The notes below the pieces were generated by a model. It did not search any database, was not told the DNA's origin, and saw only the letters and a list, made by a program, of their open reading frames with translations. Of a stretch of 64,000 nucleotides of DNA, positions 46,559-55,249 are shown piece by piece. The stretch's first letter is position 1. Every line of letters begins with the position of its first letter. Made by a program: the position numbers and the translations under genes. The DNA comes from an uncultured virus (IMG/VR IMGVR_UViG_3300008113_000157) (taxonomy: Duplodnaviria; Heunggongvirae; Uroviricota; Caudoviricetes), in the IMG/VR virus record IMGVR_UViG_3300008113_000157; one strand, written 5' to 3'.

Positions 46559-46758
46559 TTGGATTTTCCATTGAGTTTAAAAAGTTTTATTTTGTACTGC
46601 GTGGTCCCAAGGGTCGAGTGTATCTGGCAACTGGCTTTGCTAAACGCATGCCAGTCATAATACTGACCGGTGATTACATACTGGAGCAGTGCATCGGCAC
46701 ATGGCCTGGTGATGAGACTGACGAAGAACTTCTTGATCAGTTGAAAGACATCCGCTAA
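46549..46758 (+). CDS. Hypothetical protein (apparent target of the HNH insertion)
   Basis: 69 aa; its N-terminus is duplicated upstream of the endonuclease. Confidence 0.6.
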   Translation: MSMIGFSIEFKKFYFVLRGPKGRVYLATGFAKRMPVIILTGDYILEQCIGTWPGDETDEELLDQLKDIR

Positions 46759-46813
46759 TTAACCGTCCTGGGCATGACGTTAAACTGCCTATTCTACTTA
46801 CTCATTTAACCCA

Positions 46814-47113
46814 ATGGAAATCAATTCTCCAACACCTCCTTTAGATCTTGTCAATGATTGGATGACACATTGGTATGACGATAACCAAACAGATGACACG
46901 CAACCGCTGTATATTGCAACTAAAGCTTCAATGTGGGGCGCAATCTGGGGTGCTACCAATGCTTTGGAAACAGCCATCCAAGACACGGCACCTGTTCATT
47001 GGCGCGTAGCTGGTGGGGCAGAAGATGGCCAACAGGTAGTACGTGTTATTGATTTAATGGAATGGCTTGCACAGTTCCGTAAAGAATACGAAGAAAAGAT
47101 GTCTTGTAATTAA
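46814..47113 (+). CDS. Hypothetical protein
   Basis: 99 aa; TPPLDLVNDW resembles the 50288/50927 paralogues. Confidence 0.6.
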   Translation: MEINSPTPPLDLVNDWMTHWYDDNQTDDTQPLYIATKASMWGAIWGATNALETAIQDTAPVHWRVAGGAEDGQQVVRVIDLMEWLAQFRKEYEEKMSCN

Positions 47114-47168
47114 TCAACCGTCCTGGACATGACGCTAAACTGTCCATTCCACTTACCTACACTACACC

Positions 47169-48908
47169 ATGCAATTCGCTCTGCCTTCCAATCTTCAGAC
47201 TGAACTCTTGGCTTATGATCCAAAGCTCAAGGCTTTGGCTAAGCAAGCCAACAAACCAGAAGCCAAGAAACCGACGTATCCACTTGGCAAGATTCCTTGC
47301 TTGATACCAACACACATTGTGCGTGAAGCCGATCAGCAAGATGCAATTGCTCAGATCAATCAGCGTCCAGCACCACAGCGTTATCAAGTCTTTACTACAC
47401 CTGTAGATGTAGCAACACCACAGGCTAGGCTCAAGGTCATTGCCATCCTGTATCACTACGAACAGGTGTGGTATGCAGCATGGTTACCTTCTAAGCAAGA
47501 GAAGGATCAGTATGTGTACGGTCATGCGTATGCATTCAAGAACACATCAGCTACACAGAAGACTGCACCAAATTGGATATGGAATAGCAAAGATGATTGC
47601 GTTGTCCACGACATTGGTCGTGGCTCACAACTCTTTGTCTACACCAATACAGCAACCATAGAAGATATCCGCGAAAAAGATTACGATAGCTGGCGTAGTT
47701 ATCCATGGCGAGCAGGTAACCTTTACTGCCAGAAGGGTTATACAATTCGTGATACTGTTGTTAATGAATTTGATAACAGCCTGCGGGAAAATCTCCCAAC
47801 ATGGGAAGATTCCCGTGGATTGTTTGATCGCATACGCTGCAAGAATATCTTTGATGCAGCAAACATACCGTCAATGATGTCAAAGCATCTTGATGAAACT
47901 CAAGGCTTGACTGTTGATAACTTCATTGCTGCTTCACTTGCATTCAAAGAAGAACACGGCTATAGCTCATTAACGTATTCTGTTGTCACAAAGATTCAGC
48001 ACATTGTTACTAAACCTGCCATCAAGAAACTATTGCAAGCAGAGTTAAACCGTAGCATTGATGCATATAATGATCCCAATAACAAACACCAGCAACCTAT
48101 TAGGCAAGGCTTTGCAACTTTTGTGCAGATCCTTAACTCAATCGAGTGGATTGATTCCATCTGGCCAGACTGCCCTATTGATTACTATCAGACTTATTTC
48201 AAAGAACTTAAGTATCTTCGCTTGACTGAAGTGCGTCTACGCAGTGGGGCTACACAAGAGCCTTGTTTAATCGACTGGTTACGTGAGCACATGCCTATTG
48301 CATCACTGTTTACAATCATGCGTAAGTACTTGGACAAACAACTTACTGAATACAATGGTCGCTGGGTTGACAGCGATGTTGGGTACCAGCGTCAACGCTT
48401 TGGTGAACTCAACGATACATTCTCCATGATGCTTAAGATCCTTCATGTTGGTAATACATTGGAGCCACCGAAGCGTTGGCGTCTGACCGAGTTCCATGAC
48501 TACGTACAATCCGAAGCATGGAAGATCCAGAATCCAAAGGAGTCCCTACGTCAAGATCTATTTCCTGAACCCATCAAAGTCACACGTCTTGATAGGGTAT
48601 GGACATTCTTTCAGCCTGTTGACACACATCAACTATCCATGTGGGGGCAAGCCGTACGCAACTGCGTTGGCTCTGCATCCCACTATGCGGATGACATCAA
48701 GAAACGTAAGCACTTCATTGTGTTATGTATGATTGATAACAAGCCCACCTTCACAATTCAATTGGTTGTGGACCAGGGTATGATGTCAGTCAAGCAGATT
48801 GCTGGCGTTGGCAATCGCAGTCTTGACTCAATAGAACGCAACGATTACACGGAAGCCTTCCGTGAGGTCTTGCAATTGCGTGAATCTGAGCTAAGCTCTA
48901 AGAGCTGA
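47169..48908 (+). CDS. PcfJ-like domain protein
   Basis: C-terminal LTEFHD...L..WGQAVRNCVGS..Y...TIQL......KQIAGVGN. Confidence 0.7.
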   Translation: MQFALPSNLQTELLAYDPKLKALAKQANKPEAKKPTYPLGKIPCLIPTHIVREADQQDAIAQINQRPAPQRYQVFTTPVDVATPQARLKVIAILYHYEQVWYAAWLPSKQEKDQYVYGHAYAFKNTSATQKTAPNWIWNSKDDCVVHDIGRGSQLFVYTNTATIEDIREKDYDSWRSYPWRAGNLYCQKGYTIRDTVVNEFDNSLRENLPTWEDSRGLFDRIRCKNIFDAANIPSMMSKHLDETQGLTVDNFIAASLAFKEEHGYSSLTYSVVTKIQHIVTKPAIKKLLQAELNRSIDAYNDPNNKHQQPIRQGFATFVQILNSIEWIDSIWPDCPIDYYQTYFKELKYLRLTEVRLRSGATQEPCLIDWLREHMPIASLFTIMRKYLDKQLTEYNGRWVDSDVGYQRQRFGELNDTFSMMLKILHVGNTLEPPKRWRLTEFHDYVQSEAWKIQNPKESLRQDLFPEPIKVTRLDRVWTFFQPVDTHQLSMWGQAVRNCVGSASHYADDIKKRKHFIVLCMIDNKPTFTIQLVVDQGMMSVKQIAGVGNRSLDSIERNDYTEAFREVLQLRESELSSKS

Positions 48909-48957
48909 AGCCACAGCAGGGGCATCCTATCCTCGTAAATGGGATGCCTCTTTACCT

Positions 48958-49167
48958 ATGGACTACACCGATGACCAACTACTTGCCATGGCCATGGCCA
49001 ACATTGGTGAGTACATTACGGACAACTCACCGCAGTACATCTTGATTGAAGAAGATCCTCGCAATGAGGATGACTACGATAGCTGGACTTACGGAATGGA
49101 AGTCCTGCCTCAAGATCACACTTGGCAGTCAGATTCAATTGACGTAAGCCCAAGTGAGGCCGACTAG
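48958..49167 (+). CDS. Small acidic protein
   Basis: 69 aa ORF. Confidence 0.55.
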   Translation: MDYTDDQLLAMAMANIGEYITDNSPQYILIEEDPRNEDDYDSWTYGMEVLPQDHTWQSDSIDVSPSEAD

Positions 49168-49233
49168 CCCAACGGCAGAGGCAAGCGACTTAAAATCGCT
49201 ACAGTCCCGGTTCGAATCCGGGGTCGGCTACCA
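49158..49233 (+). tRNA. trnL: tRNA-Leu(UAA), 76 nt, short variable loop, CCA encoded
   Basis: Acceptor GGCCGAC/GTCGGCT, D-arm GCC/GGC, anticodon arm AGCGA-CTTAAAA-TCGCT, T-arm CCCGG-TTCGAAT-CCGGG, 3' ACCA. Confidence 0.9.
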
Positions 49234-49251
49234 ACTCAACACACTACACCA

Positions 49252-49611
49252 ATGGACATCATTCGTTCGATCAAGTGCCTTATTCCTGAGTTCCATGCCT
49301 TCAGTGCTGAGGACAGGGGCTATCACGTTGGTGCTACCTGGACTGACGACCAGGGGTTGCGTGACTATCACAACGTTGAACTCAAGTACACACGCAACTC
49401 AGAACGTCTAGCGCTCCAAGGCAAGCAGCAGCCTGATGGCAGTTGGCTTTACATTGAACCCAATGGTCGTTGCCATGTCATGTCAGCAGAGCGTGCTGCT
49501 CACTTCATGGCCCAGGCACAGGCACAAGCTCAGATCCTGGAACAAATGTTACAGAACATGAACACAGATGGAGGCGATGGAGTGGTAGACACCACTGCGA
49601 TAACTGTGTAA
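49252..49611 (+). CDS. Hypothetical protein
   Basis: 119 aa ORF. Confidence 0.6.
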   Translation: MDIIRSIKCLIPEFHAFSAEDRGYHVGATWTDDQGLRDYHNVELKYTRNSERLALQGKQQPDGSWLYIEPNGRCHVMSAERAAHFMAQAQAQAQILEQMLQNMNTDGGDGVVDTTAITV

Positions 49612-49663
49612 GATCATCTAGCCAAGGACTACTCAGCCCCTGCGTAAGCGGGGGCCTTCCTTC

Positions 49664-49984
49664 ATGACAAACGATTCTATTGATCTTGACCTTGTTGACC
49701 AAACCATTGCACTGATACCAGAGCAAGCCTGGACTCAAGTGAGACAAGCAATTATTACAGCCTTAGTTGATAACATGCCTGGCTTTGCACTTGAGAAGTT
49801 GACAGGTACTTATGATGGCTTCGATCGTGCAGAAGAGATTCTGTATGACTACTATCAACTTCCTGCTTTAAAACAAGATCTTATTGTTGATGCATTCAGT
49901 ATCATGGGTGCATTCAATTGCCTCGAACTACTTAGCTCATTGAATCTTACTGAAGATGAATTGCAGACAATGCAACAGCAGTAA
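49664..49984 (+). CDS. Hypothetical protein
   Basis: 106 aa ORF. Confidence 0.6.
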   Translation: MTNDSIDLDLVDQTIALIPEQAWTQVRQAIITALVDNMPGFALEKLTGTYDGFDRAEEILYDYYQLPALKQDLIVDAFSIMGAFNCLELLSSLNLTEDELQTMQQQ

Positions 49985-50291
49985 CACACGCGTTACTTGT
50001 ACTGAACATCTGGGACCTGATGTAACCAAACGCTATTGTCGTTGTCTTGATTGTGGTTGCAAGTTCCGTACTGTTGAACGGTACGAAGTTGCTAAACCAA
50101 TTCCATTAAAAGCCTACAAACCTATTGGTACCAGGAATGGAAACTCTTTCTTGACTGACAATGATGTGTTGATGATTCGTCATCTACATCAGAAAGGATT
50201 GAGCAATGGTCAGATAGCAATACGCTATGACACTGCTCGCAGTACAATCTCACGTATTGTCAACTACAAAACTTACACCAACATCAAATGA
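49956..50291 (+). CDS. Zn-ribbon (NrdR/Ogr-like) plus HTH protein
   Basis: MNCRQC....RV......RYCRCLDCGCKFRTVE followed by GLSNGQIAIRYDTARSTISRI. Confidence 0.7.
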   Translation: MNCRQCNSSNTRVTCTEHLGPDVTKRYCRCLDCGCKFRTVERYEVAKPIPLKAYKPIGTRNGNSFLTDNDVLMIRHLHQKGLSNGQIAIRYDTARSTISRIVNYKTYTNIK

Positions 50292-50617
50292 CACAACAAC
50301 ACCCGATCACCCCACTACCGAAGCTATTCCAGAGGTGGTCAGAACAGTTTGAAGCAGGGAGACCACTCTATGCAATGTTTGAAGATATTTACAGAGCAGG
50401 AGCAGACGCTGAGCTGGAGGCGTGCTGTGAGTGGTTACAGGATCCTGATCTCAATGTAGACACTTACAAACTCCGCGCCGCACGCCGTCCTCAGCCGCCG
50501 AGCCTCAAGGAACAGGCGCTTGCTCTTGTCGAGCAGCACGAAGATGGTTGGCGACCGTCGCCCAAAGATTGGGACACCCTTCGTCGTGCCCTTGAACAAC
50601 TTCCCGACAACAACTAA
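50288..50617 (+). CDS. Hypothetical phage protein, paralogue 1
   Basis: HPITP...GADAELEACCEWL...LRAARRP.PPSLKEQAL. Confidence 0.7.
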   Translation: MTQQHPITPLPKLFQRWSEQFEAGRPLYAMFEDIYRAGADAELEACCEWLQDPDLNVDTYKLRAARRPQPPSLKEQALALVEQHEDGWRPSPKDWDTLRRALEQLPDNN

Positions 50618-50625
50618 TTACTACA

Positions 50626-50925
50626 ATGACAACCAAGCGACAATTTGATTACAAGATTGGTGACCGTGTTGCTGAACGTCCCAAACCCCATGGGATCTAC
50701 ACAAACAACCAACAAACAAGAGAACGTATCTCTCAATACAGGAGCCAGCGGTATGGTGAAGTAGTTGGTATCAACTACAAGAACAACTCACGTGGTGCCA
50801 CCCAAAAGTTCTTGCTTGTTCGTTGGGATCATTTACCTAGCCCAACTGAACATGCCACTGCACGCATCTGTCCTGTGTCAGCGCTAGAACGTCTGACCAA
50901 AGAAGTCCTTGTCCCTGGCGAATGA
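50626..50925 (+). CDS. Hypothetical protein (SH3-like pattern)
   Basis: YKIGDRV...YGEVVG...LVRWD. Confidence 0.6.
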   Translation: MTTKRQFDYKIGDRVAERPKPHGIYTNNQQTRERISQYRSQRYGEVVGINYKNNSRGATQKFLLVRWDHLPSPTEHATARICPVSALERLTKEVLVPGE

Positions 50926-50926
50926 C

Positions 50927-51274
50927 ATGACACAAGAACACCCAATCACCCCACCGCCTGAACTGGTGCAGCAGTGGGTAGACGCTTACTTTGGCGGTGG
51001 AATCTCCCATGTAGACCTCGCTGCCCAAGCTGCCCAATGGGGCGCGGACCAGGAGCTGGAGGCGTGCTGTGAGTGGATTGACTCCTTTCAAAACAAATTT
51101 GTTTATGCCCATGATCTTCGTCTTGTCCGCCGCCCCAAGGCGCCGAGCTTGAAGAAACAGGCACTGGAAGCTTTGACATCTGCACCTGGGCCTGACTATC
51201 CCATTGTGATGACAATGCTTAACGCTGATCAACATGCCCTAATCCGCCGCGCCTTAGAGCAACTCGATGACTGA
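50927..51274 (+). CDS. Hypothetical phage protein, paralogue 2
   Basis: HPITPPPELVQQW...GADQELEACCEWI...RRPKAPSLKKQAL. Confidence 0.7.
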   Translation: MTQEHPITPPPELVQQWVDAYFGGGISHVDLAAQAAQWGADQELEACCEWIDSFQNKFVYAHDLRLVRRPKAPSLKKQALEALTSAPGPDYPIVMTMLNADQHALIRRALEQLDD

Positions 51275-51476
51275 AAACCAAATCCACTTTATACGTGGTT
51301 GCTGTACAACAATCCTTGCCTTTGCAGCTACTGGTTTAATCGCTGCAATCTTTTTGTCACCTGATGAACCTAAGAACAACTCTAAGTTTGAAGTCATTGA
51401 TCAGTACGAAGGTTGTTCAGTAATCCGTTACACTGATCCCACATCTCGCTGGCATTACTTCCTTAAGTGCTCATGA
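51267..51476 (+). CDS. Small membrane protein
   Basis: TM segment plus FEVIDQYEGCSVIRY. Confidence 0.6.
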   Translation: MTENQIHFIRGCCTTILAFAATGLIAAIFLSPDEPKNNSKFEVIDQYEGCSVIRYTDPTSRWHYFLKCS

Positions 51477-52114
51477 ACGTACAACTTGTTTGGGCAACGC
51501 CCAATGCAGAGGAAATGATCACGCGCATGGCACGCGTCTCTGCACCAAAGAACCAAGACAACATGGATACCGCACCCAAGTTGTTGCGTTATCTGATTAA
51601 ACATCAGCACTGGTCACCGTACGAGATGGCCAATCTCTGTGTTGAAATCAACACAACACGTGCAATCTCACCGCAGATCCTTAGGCATCGTTCCTTCTCA
51701 TTCCAGGAATTCAGTCAACGTTACGCAGATACCAGTGAACTTGGCTCAGCTATTATTCCTCATCTGCGTCGACAAGACTTTAAGAATCGTCAAAACAGTA
51801 TTGATGATTTGTCTGCTGATGCAATCAGTGGTTATTACCGCCGCATTAGCAAGTTGTATGAAGACGCTGAACATCTCTACCGCGAGATGGTTAGCAGCGG
51901 CGTTGCAAAAGAATGTGCCAGGTCCATCCTGCCACTTTCAACACAGACCCGTCTCTTCATGAATGGCACTATCAGATCTTGGATCCATTATCTACAACTG
52001 AGGACTCATGAATCAACCCAACTCGAACACAGAGAAATTGCAGAAACAATTAAAGGAATCTTCTGCAAAGAATTCCCAATCATCGGAGAGGCTGTGTTCT
52101 CAACAGATCAATGA
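51473..52114 (+). CDS. thyX: Flavin-dependent thymidylate synthase
   Basis: HWSPYE, QILRHRSFSFQEFSQRY ThyX motif, KECARSILP, TQLEHR. Confidence 0.96.
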   Translation: MNVQLVWATPNAEEMITRMARVSAPKNQDNMDTAPKLLRYLIKHQHWSPYEMANLCVEINTTRAISPQILRHRSFSFQEFSQRYADTSELGSAIIPHLRRQDFKNRQNSIDDLSADAISGYYRRISKLYEDAEHLYREMVSSGVAKECARSILPLSTQTRLFMNGTIRSWIHYLQLRTHESTQLEHREIAETIKGIFCKEFPIIGEAVFSTDQ

Positions 52115-52249
52115 TCTGATTGAGAGGTATAAAGAACCAGAGCAAGCACGCCAGTTCCTTATGGGGGCTGGCATCATTGATGAGAATGGAGACCTCATGC
52201 CTCCATATCAAAACACCTCAACCTAATTAACTATTACCACTAATCACCT

Positions 52250-52516
52250 ATGACACGACAACAACTTGTTAATTGTTCCACTGTTACTCAAACAGTATTC
52301 GATGCATTCTGGCCACTTGGTATGTATCCAGATGATATGGATACTAGCAATCTTGCTTTAGCCTTGCGAGCTGTTGCGGATCAAGTCGTGCCGGATCAAC
52401 AAGAGCCAGCAAGCTCGCCGCACATGGGAAGTTTTATCTCTCATGTAAAGTGGAGCCAGTGCCAGACTATTCGCATCCAACTCCTTGCCATTGCTGACGA
52501 GCTTGAAGCCCAGTAG
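52250..52516 (+). CDS. Hypothetical phage protein
   Basis: LRAVADQVVP...LLAIADELE. Confidence 0.6.
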   Translation: MTRQQLVNCSTVTQTVFDAFWPLGMYPDDMDTSNLALALRAVADQVVPDQQEPASSPHMGSFISHVKWSQCQTIRIQLLAIADELEAQ

Positions 52517-52525
52517 TCACCTTTA

Positions 52526-52642
52526 CTAAAAGGTTGCAGCACTTTGCTTCTTCAGTTCTGTGACGGCATGCTTGGACTCCACATCCTTGCGTGCCAGCTT
52601 TTTCTTTTTGTCCACCAGGTAAACGATCAGTGCCTTGTTCAT
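52526..52642 (-). CDS. Small basic protein (38 aa)
   Basis: Hand translation MNKALIVYLVDKKKKLARK...; ATGA coupling with the DUF4278-like gene. Confidence 0.5.
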   Translation of the reverse strand: MNKALIVYLVDKKKKLARKDVESKHAVTELKKQSAATF

Positions 52643-52791
52643 TTGATTTGTCCTCCAGTGACGTAAGGAAAGTAGCAGATGTTACGGTAGGTCAGGCAAA
52701 GCCATGGACGGTGTGCTAAGTTCCACCATGCCTTGTCTGTCTTAGCCTGCTCCTCTTGGTTGTATTTGCAACCACGATACGTTAACGTCAT
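52639..52791 (-). CDS. DUF4278-like small protein
   Basis: MTLTYRGCKY ... LTYRNICY duplicated motif. Confidence 0.7.
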   Translation of the reverse strand: MTLTYRGCKYNQEEQAKTDKAWWNLAHRPWLCLTYRNICYFPYVTGGQIK

Positions 52792-53247
52792 GGCTTTGGT
52801 ATCTATTGATACGGAAAGTATATGACGATTGGTGTATATGATGTTGTTTACCAGGTAACACAACCATGATTTCTATTTCAGAAACCTGCAAAGAGTTCAA
52901 CAAAGCAATGGGTATCAAAGGAAGGTTTTTCCTTTTTGTCCTTGGTTTTGTTGGGTTATTGTTTCCAGGGTGGGTAGCCTACGTTGTTCTCTCTGGTCTT
53001 GCTAAATGTACAGAAGATAAAAATATGTATGTACTTTTAAAACAACTTGCAGACTAACAATGTCTTTTCTTTTGGCTCGTGTCACAGATGAATCTGATCT
53101 TCCAGATGATTACTACTCATTTGTCCAACAGTTTACATACTGGCAAGGAAGCTACGCTTCTCAACTTGATACGGAATCATTGATGATCTTGCTATGGCAA
53201 ATGGACAAACGTATTAAAGAGCTTGAGGCAAAGCAAAGTAATCTGCA

Positions 53248-53544
53248 ATGAAAGGATTTAGCTCCACCAAACAACGCACACGTTCATCTAGTTATTGGGT
53301 TGCTTCCTACACCAAAGACAATCAGGATGAGCCATTTGGCATACACAAAAAAGTTTTGTCTTACAAACCAGGGCAAGACAAAGAACTCTTGATGATTCGT
53401 TATTGTAACTCAATTATGAAGATTAACCAAAACATATGGGAGATCCTGGTCCATCAGGGGCCAGATGATACCCCAGACTCTGGTGACCAAATTGTTTTAA
53501 GATTATCAAGAGAAAAGTTCAAGGGCTCTGCTCAAGTAAACTAA
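53248..53544 (+). CDS. Hypothetical protein
   Basis: 98 aa ORF. Confidence 0.55.
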   Translation: MKGFSSTKQRTRSSSYWVASYTKDNQDEPFGIHKKVLSYKPGQDKELLMIRYCNSIMKINQNIWEILVHQGPDDTPDSGDQIVLRLSREKFKGSAQVN

Positions 53545-53567
53545 CTAGCCATTACCACTAATCCTCC

Positions 53568-53960
53568 ATGAACAAAAGACAAATTGAAATGCTCCGCTTC
53601 ATCGTTAAACAAGAGATTGAAACTGCTGGCATTGATGGCATGGAGCATGGCGCTTGGGGCTGGGCCGAAAAACAGTTAGACAAAAATTGGGAAGAATTCC
53701 AGCAATCTTTCACGGATCCCAACGAAATGGAGTACAAATCTTTTGACTCAATTAAAGAACTTTTTGAGGATCTACATGCGGATGAAAAAATCTATCTAAA
53801 AAGGCTTCTTTTAAAAGAAAAAAAAGAAAAGGTCAGTGAGGATGAAAACGAGCGCCGTTTCAAAGCCTGCCTTGAAGAAATTCGCAAACTTACCCACGCA
53901 GATCTTGTCAATCTAATGGGCAAAGAGTGGTTTGAAGACTATCGCCGCCAGTTCCAATAG
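53568..53960 (+). CDS. Hypothetical protein
   Basis: 130 aa ORF. Confidence 0.55.
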   Translation: MNKRQIEMLRFIVKQEIETAGIDGMEHGAWGWAEKQLDKNWEEFQQSFTDPNEMEYKSFDSIKELFEDLHADEKIYLKRLLLKEKKEKVSEDENERRFKACLEEIRKLTHADLVNLMGKEWFEDYRRQFQ

Positions 53961-54233
53961 TCGCTTCTCCTAATCACCCATGAAATCACTCGACGACTAC
54001 ACAACGCTCGGCGCAATAGTCTTGGTTTTGATTGTCTTTATTGCTCTTGGTATCTGGTGGCTGCCTCAAAAATGGCAGGGCTGCCAGAAACTGTATGACA
54101 AAGTGCCTGCCCAGGTTGTTTGTTTCCTGAGCGAGTAAGCACCTTCACTAATACTCCCGAACGGGAAAATGGACCTGAGCACGTCCTAAAACTACTCATC
54201 AGTTTTCCTTATCATTCAACTCAACTCAACACC

Positions 54234-54968
54234 ATGAAACTCCTCAAGTTTTCCACAGGTAACGGCAAGCTCAAGAATCGTCTGATCTTCAACATCCCAG
54301 CGGGCTATGCATGTCCACACGCTGGTGTCTGTAAGACCATGGCTGATCGTGTCACTGGCAAGATCATGGACCTACCTCAGTTCACTGGCACAGCTGCTAT
54401 GGCAGAGACCAGGCCAACCGTACGTGAAGCTCGTTGGCACAACTGGGATCTGCTGCGTGAGACCATGCATATGAATGGGAATCAAGCCATGCTTTTGCGT
54501 GATCTGATCGACCTATCACTCTCAATGCAGCCATTGAAGAAGCTGCTTCGGATCCATGAGTCAGGCGATTTCTGGACTGAGAACTACATGCGTGCTTGGA
54601 TCATGGTCGCACAAGAGCGTCCTAAGCAAACCTTCTACGCATACACCAAGTCGCTTGGAATGTGGCTGAACCTCAAGGACATCATCCCATCTAACTTTTA
54701 TCTCACTGCGTCGCAAGGTGGAACACTCGACTACCTGATCCCCAAGTACCCTGAAGTGTTCCAGCGCATTGCTCATGTGGTCTACACAGAAGAGGAAGCG
54801 CAAGAGCGTGGGCTAGAGATCGATCATGACGACAGCCATTGCCTTGGTGACAAGCCGTTCGCACTCTTGGTTCATGGTTCCCAGAGGGCTGGATCTGATG
54901 CCATGAAAGCCTTAACGCAACGGAAGAAAGAAGGTAAGTTTGTAGGTTACGGTAAGTCACAAAGGTAG
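54234..54968 (+). CDS. GP88-like phage protein
   Basis: GNGKL...FNIPAGYACP.A..C, RIHESGDF, FYAYTKS; start chosen after the pseudoknot element. Confidence 0.7.
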   Translation: MKLLKFSTGNGKLKNRLIFNIPAGYACPHAGVCKTMADRVTGKIMDLPQFTGTAAMAETRPTVREARWHNWDLLRETMHMNGNQAMLLRDLIDLSLSMQPLKKLLRIHESGDFWTENYMRAWIMVAQERPKQTFYAYTKSLGMWLNLKDIIPSNFYLTASQGGTLDYLIPKYPEVFQRIAHVVYTEEEAQERGLEIDHDDSHCLGDKPFALLVHGSQRAGSDAMKALTQRKKEGKFVGYGKSQR

Positions 54969-55015
54969 TTATCACGATAAGACCTGGTACTATATGCCTG
55001 GTCTTATCCTGTTCA

Positions 55016-55249
55016 ATGGCTTACATCATTAGTACGTTGGTGGATGGTGTGCCACACGCCATCCATGCCAATAGTTCCGACTCCAAGTTTGAACTGTTAG
55101 CTTTGGATTCTGCTAGTTCACTTAGTAGAATTTACTCCCATCCTTACCGGGCTGGTGCTTATCAAGTTCTAAGTTGGATCCTGGACAATGAACCCACACT
55201 CTCCTGTTATGAGCTCCAGGTTTCCGATGAAGCCCGGTTCCAAAAATGA
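55016..55249 (+). CDS. Hypothetical protein
   Basis: 77 aa ORF. Confidence 0.5.
   Translation: MAYIISTLVDGVPHAIHANSSDSKFELLALDSASSLSRIYSHPYRAGAYQVLSWILDNEPTLSCYELQVSDEARFQK

Noticed and set aside
48918..48952. GGGCATCC...GGATGCC hairpin as a ninth family C element
   Set aside because: It lacks the TGTAAGT loop and is a simple terminator-like hairpin.
49158..49233. tRNA as a prophage attachment site
   Set aside because: No integrase, no duplicated tRNA 3' end and no host genes are visible in the window.
52792..52865. Glutamine riboswitch (glnA / Downstream-peptide) upstream of the DUF4278-like gene
   Set aside because: Such riboswitches often precede DUF4278 genes, but I could not find the CGTT...GACGGAAG core on the coding strand; an Rfam scan would settle it.
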